In this document: piece after piece, positions 10,761-20,050 of the stretch
Layout: each line of letters opens with the position of its first letter
Position numbering within the stretch: the stretch's first letter is position 1
Assembly: GCA_965198235.1 (NCBI GenBank)
Contig: OZ240248.1
Location: 3,200,001 to 3,264,000 of the forward strand
DNA: 64,000 nucleotides
Reading direction: 5' to 3'
Source: Candidatus Poribacteria bacterium
GTDB lineage: Bacteria > Poribacteria > WGA-4E > WGA-3G
The notes under the pieces: model-generated
Databases searched by the model: none
Told to the model about the DNA's origin: nothing
The model's input: the letters and a program-made list of their open reading frames with translations, nothing else
Made by a program: the position numbers and the translations under genes

Positions 10761-11456
10761 ATGGCAAATTTTTCGGAGACGAAGGCTCTTACCTTTGACC
10801 TGTTCGGTACAATCTTGGATTTAGGGGGGAGTCTTACCCCCTTCATTGACGAATCACTGAAAGTACGTGCTGTCGATGGATCGGCGGATGAATTCTGGGC
10901 GCAGTGGCGGTACCGTCAGCGAATCGAGCAGTATCAAGATACGATTGTAATGCTCGGACATAGCGGTTACCTGGAAACGGTGCGCCGCGCCCTGCACTAC
11001 ACGCTGAGAGGGAACGGCATTGATGCTACGCCTGATACGGTAGCGGAATTTATGCGTGGCTGGCAGTCCCTCTCCCCTTTTCCAGAGGTGTTGGCTGCTC
11101 TCGCGAAGATGCAATCTCGGTATCAGTTGGTGGTGTTGTCCAACGGGGATCCGTCGTTTTTAGAATATCTCGTCACGGAACGGGTTGCATGGGATTTTGA
11201 CGATGTGATTTCGGTAACATCGGTTGGGGCGTTTAAGCCACATCCAGCGGTCTACCGTGCCGCGGCAGGGAAGTTAGGGCTTGAAGTTGACGAGTGCTTG
11301 ATGGTATCTGCGAATTCGTTTGACATCATGGGGGCGCGAGCGTGTGGCTTTAGAGGGGCGTTTGTGAACCGCTATCAACTTCCGTATGAGGATACACCCT
11401 ACCAACCCGACGTAACGGTGGGCGATTTCACGGAGTTAGCGGCAGCGTTGCTATAA
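10761..11456 (+). CDS. Haloacid dehalogenase type II (HAD)
   Basis: FDLFGTILD, LSNG, FKPHP.VY, MVSANSFD; start at ATG 10761 chosen because the upstream extension lies in a heptamer repeat. Confidence 0.88.
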   Translation: MANFSETKALTFDLFGTILDLGGSLTPFIDESLKVRAVDGSADEFWAQWRYRQRIEQYQDTIVMLGHSGYLETVRRALHYTLRGNGIDATPDTVAEFMRGWQSLSPFPEVLAALAKMQSRYQLVVLSNGDPSFLEYLVTERVAWDFDDVISVTSVGAFKPHPAVYRAAAGKLGLEVDECLMVSANSFDIMGARACGFRGAFVNRYQLPYEDTPYQPDVTVGDFTELAAALL

Positions 11457-11917
11457 GGGACATGAGACTGGTCTGCCCAGGTTTTCCTGGACACGATTAC
11501 TGATTTCAAAAGCACCATTGTCCTGAACCGCTACGATGTACCCGCCCCATTCGATGAACTGCTCATCCCATGCCCATAATTCTACGGTCATCCCTTCTGT
11601 GGGGAGTTCGGCTTTTTTGATGTCATCGGTCATTTGGACACGGGCACCCGCGCCACCACCCAACTGCACTGCTTCTCCAAACTTACCCTGGACGATTTGA
11701 AGTTTCCCTATCATCTCGGCATCTTGGTTGCCCCAGATATCCTTTACCGTATTGCCTTTTACAGTGTTTTTGTCAAAACTCCAGTAGCCAATTAACCCAT
11801 CTTCGATGACGACTGTCTGGGCAGCGACAGGAATTCCTATTCCCAATCCAGCGATTAAAACAACCGCTAAACTCAAAACCACTTTTTTCTTGTTGCGTTC
11901 ATAACAAACGGAAACAT
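11451..11917 (-). pseudogene. Truncated, frameshifted LamG/concanavalin-like secreted protein
   Basis: AAGGAG-ATG at 11917 is out of frame by -1 at an A6 run; body GLIGYWSFD...VKDIWG...GKFGEAVQL...TVELWAW ends abruptly after QDNGAFE at the IS3-like scar. Confidence 0.7.
11469..11504. mobile_element. IS3-family terminal inverted repeat remnant
   Basis: TGGTCTGCCCAGGTTTTCCTGGACAC has the TG-start and C-rich/GGACAC pattern of IS3-family ends; it sits where the LamG-like frame breaks off. Confidence 0.5.
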
Positions 11918-11973
11918 TTTTCACTCCTTTGGTTGACACCCTACCGCTTTTCGCACACACATTGTGTGGAGTG

Positions 11974-12072
11974 TTGGGTTTCGCTTTGTTTGGTTCCAAA
12001 GGTGTATCATCGACACGCAGGAACCTACTATGAAAACCTAATAGCATGTGTATTCCCGCTCAACCCAACCTA
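11974..12072 (-). repeat. GTAG-type REP-like element with long spacer
   Basis: Minus strand GTAGGTTGGGTTGAGCG ... GCGAAACCCAACA, enclosing an inner GGTTCC/GGAACC stem. Confidence 0.6.
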
Positions 12073-12074
12073 CA

Positions 12075-12401
12075 CTACTTCGTTTGGCTTTTTACGTCGC
12101 CCCACGACGTGCTTAAGAGCGATGTTGACGGGGAAACAGGTAGTTGCTTCGGCGCGAACCAATTACCCGCATAATTGCTGCCATCTTTTGTAAGTTGTGT
12201 GGCCTTTTGACTTATCAGATTGATTTTGACAATTTGTGAATTGTTTCCAATAACACCTTCGGGATTCATTATATAGATTTCCCAATTACCATCGCGATTT
12301 GACGAAAACAGAATCTTTTCGCTGCTGAGTGGTTTTGCTGAAACAGGGCATAGCAGCCCGAAGATGAGGCAACAAAGAATGAAGATGTCTCGTCGTTTCA
12401 T
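12075..12401 (-). pseudogene. Internally deleted TolB/PD40-repeat secreted protein
   Basis: Signal peptide plus one PD40 repeat (ILFSSNRDGNWEIYIMNPEG) joined almost directly to the C-terminal tail LPVSPSTSLLSTSWGDVK; about 108 aa, too short for a propeller. Confidence 0.65.
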
Positions 12402-12458
12402 GAGAAAACCCCCTATATCAATGATTTGTTTACATGCCAGTCCTCTTGGCGGGTTATC

Positions 12459-12575
12459 TATGGTAAAACCCACAATTACTTGGACATTGCGGGGAGGCGA
12501 GGATACAATCCTCGCCAGCGGGGGTGAGCAGTTCATTCACTGAGCAACTATCTGTATATTTTTAGGTTTTACATA
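12459..12575. mobile_element. MITE family B (TATAGT-type ends) carrying GGCGAGG/CCTCGCC hairpin
   Basis: Ends TATGGTAAAACCCACAAT / ATTTTTAGGTTTTACATA; left arm AATTACTTGGACATT shared with the copy at 25925. Confidence 0.65.
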
Positions 12576-12728
12576 AATATTAAGGATATTAAATCAGATA
12601 GGTAGGGCTGAGGGATAGTCGATGGTTAACCTAAGGTTTATCCAAGTTCCACCTGTTTTTAGGCGCGCTTACAAGGCGCGCCTGTGGGAGATTGATATGC
12701 GCGGATTCAGGAAAGTAGAAAGTGAGGT

Positions 12729-13565
12729 TTACGACCAGACAAACACTTCGTTATCCTCAGGGGAATACCCAATAAACACCGCCAAGACGATTCGAGTGTG
12801 ATTGCCTTGAACGGGTGGTACTTCATGGATACACCGTGTATTGAAAAAGTAGAGGTCACCCTGCTCTAATTCGACTTCACAGTTCTGTATCCCGTTATCA
12901 GCAGCATATTGATCAAAAGTTTCCTCGGCGATATGGGGTTGAACTTCTTCGGACCAGAGACAGCGATGCAGGATAGCTTGCGTGCCTCTTCCATTCTCAT
13001 CGGCATTTTGGACGCACAACACACCTGCAAACTGATGTTCGAAGCGGTAAACTTCATAATTGGTGCGCTGTTCACGGTATTTGACGTGATCGATGTGGGG
13101 CTTATAACTGTGTGTTTCGTAATGGACACGGAAGATCGCGGGACCGTAGCGTGAACCGTCCTGTTCACGCGCCACCTTCACCTCTTTTCCCGGTGAAAGG
13201 GCAGTGAGCGAATCGTAGATGAGATCGACAGGATTATCAAATCCATCGAATAGGAATTTGAAGAGGTGTTCTGTCGCCTTGGCGTGTGCCAAAAATTTCG
13301 CTTTATCCACACCACGATTACCGAGGCTGGTGCCTATGTCGATACGAGTGCGTTTGTCGGCGGAGTTGATATCGGCTTCATCTCGCATCAGACCCATATT
13401 TGTGAACCGATTGATGAGCCCATGACATTGTGCGGGTGAATAGGCGTTCCGAAGGATGATGGCGGGCACTTCGGCTTGGGAGAGGGCATAAATCGGGTCG
13501 CTGTAGGTTTTACAAATTGTCTCAAGGTCAGGCTCAGCGGGGAGCCAGTTGGTTTGGGCGTTCAT
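12729..13565 (-). CDS. 2OG-Fe(II) oxygenase family protein
   Basis: HID (HxD) motif, GDLYFFN...IHEV, distal R; GGAGG RBS before ATG 13565. Confidence 0.8.
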   Translation of the reverse strand: MNAQTNWLPAEPDLETICKTYSDPIYALSQAEVPAIILRNAYSPAQCHGLINRFTNMGLMRDEADINSADKRTRIDIGTSLGNRGVDKAKFLAHAKATEHLFKFLFDGFDNPVDLIYDSLTALSPGKEVKVAREQDGSRYGPAIFRVHYETHSYKPHIDHVKYREQRTNYEVYRFEHQFAGVLCVQNADENGRGTQAILHRCLWSEEVQPHIAEETFDQYAADNGIQNCEVELEQGDLYFFNTRCIHEVPPVQGNHTRIVLAVFIGYSPEDNEVFVWS

Positions 13566-13616
13566 AGTAACCTCCGTCATGAACTCAGAGCGGTACTTGA
13601 CACCGCATGCACACAT

Positions 13617-14456
13617 TTAGAATCTCGGATTGAAGAGATAATTGTAATCATCTATTTTTTGATCAACGAAGTCAATGAACTCAGCATTATGGTCGAGATC
13701 GCTGTTTTCAAAAACGACTTCGCATCCAGTTTTATACTTCAGTCGGCGGTCGGATTTTAGCCAACTGACACGGTGAATCATAGCGATCATGTGGCGTGGT
13801 GCCTCGGATGGGTTAGGGACGCCTCGGTGCCACAGTCGCATATCTCGGATGAGTGTACTACCCTTCTTCGCATTTCCACGGATAGGGGGACAGATTTTAC
13901 GGCGTGCTTCCTCCTCTTCTGCCTCTATCCCTCGCCCACTGACATCCAGATGTGAGCCGGGCCAAAGTTCTACACTGCCGTTTTCCTCAGTTGTATCCTG
14001 TGGTGAAATATTAACGACAACTTCTGCTGTTGGGTGTGCTACTTCTTGGTCTGGCCACAGGTGAGCACCGTCTCTGTGGAGCGGTTGTGTTGTGCTACCG
14101 GGGCTGTTCGTGTTGCCGTTGTAAAAGTTATTATAGAGCCCATGACCCAGGAGTGCCTTCGTCACCTGCACGACGTAAGGGTTCGCGACGACATCTCTAA
14201 AAATGTAGGGAGCAAATGGTGGCGGTCCCTGTTGGAGATGCCCTATGAGTTTGCCTGCGCCACCCCATTTCTGGGCTTTAATCAGGATTTGCGAATCTGC
14301 ATCCATCCGTTCGCGAAGAATGTCCAAGTGTTCATAATTGATGACGTTCTCTAAAACAACGTACCCATCAACGCGGATCGCCTTAACGGCTTGCTCCACG
14401 TGTGCATCTGTCAGTTTTCCTGCTGCCAATTCTTTCGGTTGAACAGTTATTTCCAT
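13617..14456 (-). CDS. Phytanoyl-CoA dioxygenase (PhyH) family
   Basis: DGYVVLENV, QPLHRD, ENGSVELWPGSH, RLWHRG. Confidence 0.9.
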   Translation of the reverse strand: MEITVQPKELAAGKLTDAHVEQAVKAIRVDGYVVLENVINYEHLDILRERMDADSQILIKAQKWGGAGKLIGHLQQGPPPFAPYIFRDVVANPYVVQVTKALLGHGLYNNFYNGNTNSPGSTTQPLHRDGAHLWPDQEVAHPTAEVVVNISPQDTTEENGSVELWPGSHLDVSGRGIEAEEEEARRKICPPIRGNAKKGSTLIRDMRLWHRGVPNPSEAPRHMIAMIHRVSWLKSDRRLKYKTGCEVVFENSDLDHNAEFIDFVDQKIDDYNYLFNPRF

Positions 14457-14670
14457 GTTTTTAACGATTGAATTTTCGCTCCGTTTTTCCGTTTTGATTA
14501 TCAGCTCGTGCCTTTATAAAATGTGGAAGACGAGTTGATGGTCAAAAAACAGGTTTTCGATGAATATCAACGACATCGGTGATAATTCGGGCACGTGAGA
14601 GAGCAAAACTGTTTTACCGAGAAACTCTTCTGTTCTACGTCTCCCCAGTAGCTTCCAGCTCTCGGTTGAT

Positions 14671-16026
14671 TTAAGAATCAAAAAATTCGGTATAGAGTGC
14701 CTGAACGGCTGTCTCCATATCTTCGGATTTTATACCGAACATCATACTGACTTCGTTGGAGCCTTGATTAATCATTTCAATGTTGACTTTCGCGCCAGAT
14801 AACGCCTTTGTAGCACGCGAGGCGATGCCGACAGTGTGACGCATGCCTTCACCCACGACCATGATTAGAGAGAGTCCGCGTTCTACAGAGATGTCTTCCG
14901 GTGCAAGGGTCTGCCGAATCTGTTCGACAATTCTCTTCTCTTTTGCTGTAGATAGGTTATCCTCTCGGAGAATGACGGACATATTGTCTATCCCCGAAGG
15001 AACGTGTTCAAAAGAGATATCTTCGGTTTCTAATATCTGTAGCAGCCGCCGACCAAATCCGATTTGACGGTTCATTAGGTATTTACTGAGATAGAGACAG
15101 CAAACACTGTCCATCGCAGCGATACCGACAACCGGAATATCCGTTGACGTACGGCTTGGAACAATTAGCGTGCCGTCTGCTTTCGGGTTATTCGTATTGC
15201 GGATGTTGACTGGCACCTGTGCTCGGTAGACGGGTTCGAGTGCCTCATCGTGAAATACGGAAAAGCCTGCGTAAGAGAGTTCGCGCATCTCGCGGTAGGT
15301 TAACTCCGCGATCGGTACCGGATCTTTAACGATAGACGGGTTCGCGGCGAACACGGAATCGACATCTGTAAAGTTCTCATAGGCTTCCGCCCGAACAGCA
15401 CTGGCGAGAATAGCCCCTGTAATATCTGAACCGCCGCGCGAAAAGGTAACAACGTTGCCCTGTTTTGAGTAGCCGAAGAAGCCGGGAAAAATGGTGATGC
15501 CGGGACGCTCGTGTAAATCACGGAGTCGGTTGTATGCTTCGGGTAGCACTTGAGCGTTACCTGGCTCGTCCGAAAGTAGTAATCCAGCATCCTTTGGATT
15601 CACATAATGTGCGTCTACACCGCGTGCCTGTAGCACTTGTGCAATGAGGCGGGCGCAGTTGTCTTCACCTCCTGCCTTCATTGTGTCCATATAGAGGTCG
15701 GCATCGGTTGTGCTATTTTCCAAGCGTTCCGTTAGGTCACGAGCGATAGGCTCGGCAACCTCGGGTGGGAGGCATAATTCAGAGGCAATGCTCCTGTACC
15801 GTTCAATCGCTTCAGCACATTCCGAGGCACCGATTTTTCCCATGAGTCGTTGGGATGCCGCAGCGATGAGCAGGTCTGTTACTTTGATGTCTTGGCTATA
15901 TCGTTTTCCGGGGGCAGAGACAACAATGAGACGGCGTCCCGGATCGGCAGTGATGATGTCGCAAACACGGCGGACTTGCTCCGCTGACGCAAGGGAGCTT
16001 CCGCCAAATTTTGATACTTTTAACAA
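14671..16026 (-). CDS. lysC: Aspartate kinase
   Basis: KFGGSSLA, VVSAPGKR, FSRGGSDITG, TYREMRELSYAGF, two ACT domains. Confidence 0.93.
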   Translation of the reverse strand: MLKVSKFGGSSLASAEQVRRVCDIITADPGRRLIVVSAPGKRYSQDIKVTDLLIAAASQRLMGKIGASECAEAIERYRSIASELCLPPEVAEPIARDLTERLENSTTDADLYMDTMKAGGEDNCARLIAQVLQARGVDAHYVNPKDAGLLLSDEPGNAQVLPEAYNRLRDLHERPGITIFPGFFGYSKQGNVVTFSRGGSDITGAILASAVRAEAYENFTDVDSVFAANPSIVKDPVPIAELTYREMRELSYAGFSVFHDEALEPVYRAQVPVNIRNTNNPKADGTLIVPSRTSTDIPVVGIAAMDSVCCLYLSKYLMNRQIGFGRRLLQILETEDISFEHVPSGIDNMSVILREDNLSTAKEKRIVEQIRQTLAPEDISVERGLSLIMVVGEGMRHTVGIASRATKALSGAKVNIEMINQGSNEVSMMFGIKSEDMETAVQALYTEFFDS

Positions 16027-16064
16027 TCCGGATCCTCCAATTTTTTGTGCTATTTAGTAACTCA

Positions 16065-16165
16065 CAGGACTTACGCAAATTGCGCACACGGTGGTAGATT
16101 TTGCCTTTCAAACCCCCTAAATCCCCCTTATCAGGGGGACTTATGAACGCGCTGCGTAAATCCTA
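16065..16165. mobile_element. MITE family A (CAGGACTTACGCA ends) carrying CCCCCTTATCAGGGGG hairpin
   Basis: CAGGACTTACGCA ... TGCGTAAATCCTA; flanked by direct repeat ACTCA (candidate TSD); related copy at 52497. Confidence 0.75.
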
Positions 16166-16230
16166 ACTCAGATAAAGTAGCGGGTACACTCTATACGCCG
16201 TAAGCAGTTTAGGACTTGAAGGTAACCAAA

Positions 16231-16950
16231 CTATTTTTTGAGATGTGAGACGTGTGTTCCTTCAACTGGCTCAAACCGTTGCGAATTCTCACCCATATAG
16301 TGACATATAAAACTCCGCCGCCACCGGTCGCGCGTCTTATTCATGTAAGAACCGTGAATAACCTTACCATCAAAGAAAAGCGTATCACCGGGTGACATGT
16401 CTATTCCCAGTTCTTTAGCGTTTTCAGGTTTGACGGCTTGTACGTTTGTAAACGAAATAGCGGTGTCAGCTGTTTCAACAGATAGCAGTCCACATTGATG
16501 AGAACGTGGGATAAGCACCATACGCCCAACAGCTTCGTCCGATGTATCTAATGCTACCCAAACGCCGATGATTGGATCTATAGTGATGTATTGTTCATCT
16601 TGGTGTAGGGCTTGACCTCGTGCGCCGGGCGGTTTGAAATAGAGCATCGTTTGTAACAACACCGGCGTATCATTAATCAGTTGTTCCGTAACGTCAAGTA
16701 AATCGGTATCCGCTGCCCATTCTTGGGTTAATTCGTCCCAGTTGTGCATATTAATCATGCGTGGGAATTGATGGTTTGGGTCGTCGGTGTGGTCGGTTGT
16801 GCCGCCGCTGTCGCCGGGTTTCGGACCTTCTGCGCGGCGTTTCATATAATGCTCGCTCATCAATGTTACTGTGGCTGTGCTAAAGAGATTCGGAATTACC
16901 ACGAAACCCTGATCTTTATAGTAGTCTTGCTGTTGAGGGGTTAAGTCCAT
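16231..16950 (-). CDS. Phytanoyl-CoA dioxygenase (PhyH) family
   Basis: QGFVVIPNL, FKPPG, LHQD, WVALD, GDTLFF...IHGS, RR. Confidence 0.9.
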   Translation of the reverse strand: MDLTPQQQDYYKDQGFVVIPNLFSTATVTLMSEHYMKRRAEGPKPGDSGGTTDHTDDPNHQFPRMINMHNWDELTQEWAADTDLLDVTEQLINDTPVLLQTMLYFKPPGARGQALHQDEQYITIDPIIGVWVALDTSDEAVGRMVLIPRSHQCGLLSVETADTAISFTNVQAVKPENAKELGIDMSPGDTLFFDGKVIHGSYMNKTRDRWRRSFICHYMGENSQRFEPVEGTHVSHLKK

Positions 16951-17047
16951 AGATAGTTTCTCCCGCAGGTTGCCGGTCCGTTTTGGATAATGTTTTCAAG
17001 CCTGTCTTTATAATTTTATGGTAACTTCGTGTATTTGTCAAAGTTTT

Positions 17048-17065
17048 TTCTGTATGTATACAGAA
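17048..17065. promoter_or_regulatory. Palindromic operator candidate between divergent genes
   Basis: TTCTGTAT-GT-ATACAGAA, perfect 8-bp arms. Confidence 0.4.
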
Positions 17066-17157
17066 CATTTGGGTCTCCATAAACAGATTCTACGTGACTT
17101 TCTCGGCAAAATGTGCTATACTTATGCAAAATCTTATTGTATGGAGTTTATTTTTTG

Positions 17158-18093
17158 ATGAAAAACGAGTGGGTTGTTTACGAAGGAAACGAAGGTCCCG
17201 GAAAGGGCAAGCATATTGTTCTCGTCGGTGGCGATGAAGAGTATCGCTCTGAAGAGGCTTTGCCGATGTTGGGTAAGATGTTAGCCAGGCACCATGGGTT
17301 TACATGTACGGTGCTGTTTGCTATTGATCCGGAAACAGGCGAGATCGATCCGGAGGTGCAGACGAACATCCCGGGACTCCACCATTTAGAATCCGCGGAT
17401 ATGATGGTGCTGTTCACGCGTTTCCGCGAACTGCCCGATGAACAGATGAAATATGTCGTTGACTATACGAACGCTGGCAAACCTGTGATGGGTCTCCGCA
17501 CAGCCACACACGCTTTCAGTTATAGCCGAAACCTCGGTAGCCCGTATGCAAAATACAGTTTTAACAGTGAGGAATTTGAGGGTGGATATGGCAGGCAGGT
17601 GCTCGGCGAGACGTGGGTTAACCACCATGGACATCACGGCAAAGAGAGTGCACGTGGCGTAATTGACGAAGCGATGCAGGACCATCCAATTTTCAAAGGC
17701 GTTGACGATGTCTGGGGACCCTCCGATGTCTACGGCGTTAATGACTTGACGGGAGACGCACAGGTGCTTATCCATGGGCAGGTGCTGGTCGGTATGGATC
17801 CAACAGATGCCCCAAAACCGGATACCGTCACAATGCCGATGGTGTGGATTAAGACCTATACGGGCGATGAAGGCAACACCTCACGCGTCTTCAATACAAC
17901 GATGGGTGCCTCCGTTGATTTAGAGAGCGTAGGGCTTCGCCGTCTCCTCGTCAACGGCTGCTATTGGTGTATGGGGATGGAGGATGCAATTCCTGATAAA
18001 AGCGTTGTCGATTATGTCGGCGATTATGCACCGACGTTCTTCGGTTTCGGCACTTTTACAAAGGGTGTCCGCCCAGAAGATCACGCGCAATAA
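17158..18093 (+). CDS. ThuA-like (trehalose utilization / GATase1-like) domain protein
   Basis: GDEEYRSEE, GLRTATHAF, HHGHHG, RVFNTTMG motifs; start at ATG 17158 after GGAG. Confidence 0.8.
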   Translation: MKNEWVVYEGNEGPGKGKHIVLVGGDEEYRSEEALPMLGKMLARHHGFTCTVLFAIDPETGEIDPEVQTNIPGLHHLESADMMVLFTRFRELPDEQMKYVVDYTNAGKPVMGLRTATHAFSYSRNLGSPYAKYSFNSEEFEGGYGRQVLGETWVNHHGHHGKESARGVIDEAMQDHPIFKGVDDVWGPSDVYGVNDLTGDAQVLIHGQVLVGMDPTDAPKPDTVTMPMVWIKTYTGDEGNTSRVFNTTMGASVDLESVGLRRLLVNGCYWCMGMEDAIPDKSVVDYVGDYAPTFFGFGTFTKGVRPEDHAQ

Positions 18094-18105
18094 AAAGTAA
18101 CTGAC

Positions 18106-18375
18106 TATAGTGAAATATAAGAGTATGTAGACCCCTATTGGTAGGCGCGCTTTGATGAAGATTCAGAATTTAATTCGGTAATGTGTGATGTCTGCCCCAT
18201 ACGCTAATCGCTATGGGGACCCCTGTCAGAAGCAGGATTTTCAGGATTCTAAGGATTTTCAGGATTGTGTATCCTTGTTGACTGGAATTCCCATTATAGC
18301 ATTACCGAAATATTTATTTAAACTTCATGTAAGCGCGCCGATCTATGGTGTATTGCTAATTGTGAGTCTACTACA
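18106..18375. mobile_element. Composite nested miniature element (family B-like shell plus 42-bp inverted repeat plus tandem 9-mers)
   Basis: Outer ends TATAGTGAAA / TAATTGTGAGTCTACTACA; inner imperfect IR 18142-18183 / 18300-18341; core has a CCCCATA..TATGGGG hairpin and CAGGATTTT-like repeats. Confidence 0.6.
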
Positions 18376-18461
18376 ATAGATTTTTCGTGTCTTACTTGTT
18401 GTATTACTGTGAGCAAAGGTAAGGCACGAAACTTTTTAGAAGCGCGCGGTCAGAAACTTTA

Positions 18462-18519
18462 CAAATTTATGACAAAAATGTGTCATAAATTTGACAGAAC
18501 GCAATAGATGCTGTATCCT
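18462..18519 (+). promoter_or_regulatory. Sigma70 promoter with overlapping 13-bp inverted-repeat operator
   Basis: CAAATTTATGACA-N6-TGTCATAAATTTG overlaps TTGACA (18491), followed by 17 bp and TATCCT. Confidence 0.65.
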
Positions 18520-18564
18520 ATATACCTGTCCTCAACTATAAACAACAAATAAAAGGAAATTACC

Positions 18565-19683
18565 ATGGTAAATACAAAAAGAGTCCGAAACGCACAGGAT
18601 AGGATGAAACAGCAGGGCATTGATGCTTATCTCATTCTGACGCATGATGATTATATCTACTTTTTCGGAGAGGATCGGTATCAACCCCGCGCTATCATTC
18701 CAGCAGAGGGTGTGCCTATTGTTGTAACATTCGCAGGTGAGGAAGACGAGGTGAAGGCATCTTTGGGGGTTGAAGATGTCCGAATATTCGGTTCCGTGGG
18801 ACAACAGATCAAAGATGTCGTTCAGGTGATGCGTGGTATGATAGGCGAGAAGGAGAAACTCACAATCGGGGTGCAGATGTGGTTTTCAACGCCTGCCTTC
18901 TTACTGAACATGTTCCAAAGAGCGAATCCACGCGTCAACGTCGTAGATGTCGCTCCTGTTATGGACGAACTCCGTATGGTGAAGGACACCTCTGAGGTAG
19001 CACTCATGAAGCGTGCATCGGAAATTGCTGGCATCGGTATGGAAACAGCAGTCAAGACGCTCAAGCCCGGTATAACGGAAAACGAGGTCGCAGCAGAAGT
19101 GGAATATGCCATGCGAAAAGCGGGTGGACATGGTGTTGCAACGCCCGTGTTCGTGAATTCTGGCGTTCGTTCAGGATGGCTGCACGGAACAGCCTCCGAC
19201 AAGGTAATTGAGAGCGGGGACCTCGTTGTCCTTGACCTGGTGCCGCGTTATAAAGGTTATTGTGCGAACCTCTGCCGAACCTTTGTCGTTGGTACACCCT
19301 CTGCTAAACAGTCGGAGATGTTTACAACTTATAAACAGGCACAAGCCGCGGGAATAGAAGCCTTAAAACCGGGTGCGAAAATGCGGGATATTGATGCTGT
19401 GGCAAAGAAAGTTTTCACTGAGAATGGTTACGGAGAATTTTATGTTGCCGGTATCAGCCATAGTATTGGATTAGGTTTTGAAGAGACACCGGCACCGACG
19501 ATTCACCCCGGCGATTCTGGTATTCAGATTTGTGACGGAATGACGGTAACCGTCGGACATCCAGTCCTCTCTGTTCCTGGAACAGGCGGCGTACGGTTAG
19601 AGGATACATTCCACATTTCGGAAGGGATAGCACAGCTCTTGACGGTTTTTCCTTCGGAGTTCGCGTTATCTAATTACACTTAA
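18565..19683 (+). CDS. Xaa-Pro peptidase family (M24B) protein
   Basis: Creatinase N domain; LRMVKD..E, GDLVVLD, HSIGL, GGVRLED. Confidence 0.88.
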   Translation: MVNTKRVRNAQDRMKQQGIDAYLILTHDDYIYFFGEDRYQPRAIIPAEGVPIVVTFAGEEDEVKASLGVEDVRIFGSVGQQIKDVVQVMRGMIGEKEKLTIGVQMWFSTPAFLLNMFQRANPRVNVVDVAPVMDELRMVKDTSEVALMKRASEIAGIGMETAVKTLKPGITENEVAAEVEYAMRKAGGHGVATPVFVNSGVRSGWLHGTASDKVIESGDLVVLDLVPRYKGYCANLCRTFVVGTPSAKQSEMFTTYKQAQAAGIEALKPGAKMRDIDAVAKKVFTENGYGEFYVAGISHSIGLGFEETPAPTIHPGDSGIQICDGMTVTVGHPVLSVPGTGGVRLEDTFHISEGIAQLLTVFPSEFALSNYT

Positions 19684-19753
19684 GTTATGGAACGTGTGCA
19701 GCGGATGCTTTGGGCGGGACTGGTTAAGCTGTTCAGACTTAATGAGTGATAAC

Positions 19754-19785
19754 AAAAAAGCCGTCGAATTGTGGAAACCGACGGC
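19754..19785 (-). terminator. Rho-independent terminator of the TA operon
   Basis: GCCGTCG/CGACGGC stem followed by T6 on the minus strand, just after the toxin stop. Confidence 0.6.
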
Positions 19786-19792
19786 GTGCTTA

Positions 19793-20050
19793 TCAGATCC
19801 GCCTATCGTACTCACCATGTTTTCCGATCCAAATCCAAGTTAAAATGCCCTCATGTTCAATTGCTAATGCTCGATAGTTATCATTAACTCTTGCGGACCA
19901 ATAATTGCCGTGCTGAGTCTTCTTTAACATGAGTGAAGGATGGTCAGGGTTTTGCTTTAGGAGTTCAAATTGCTTATCTGCGCGTCTTTGAATGTCTCGT
20001 GGAAGTCTGCGATAATAATCCCAAAACTTACGGGTTGTTTTATAAATCAA
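19793..20050 (-). CDS. RelE/ParE-superfamily toxin
   Basis: F...Y..LP..IQ..ADKQF.LLK.NP.HPSL..KK, WSARV...YRALA, W.WIG.H.EYD; overlaps the upstream gene by 11 bp. Confidence 0.85.
   Translation of the reverse strand: MIYKTTRKFWDYYRRLPRDIQRRADKQFELLKQNPDHPSLMLKKTQHGNYWSARVNDNYRALAIEHEGILTWIWIGKHGEYDRRI

Noticed and set aside
17050-17063. LexA/SOS box
   Set aside because: CTGT-N6-ACAG has the wrong spacing for the CTGT-N8-ACAG box; kept only as a generic palindrome
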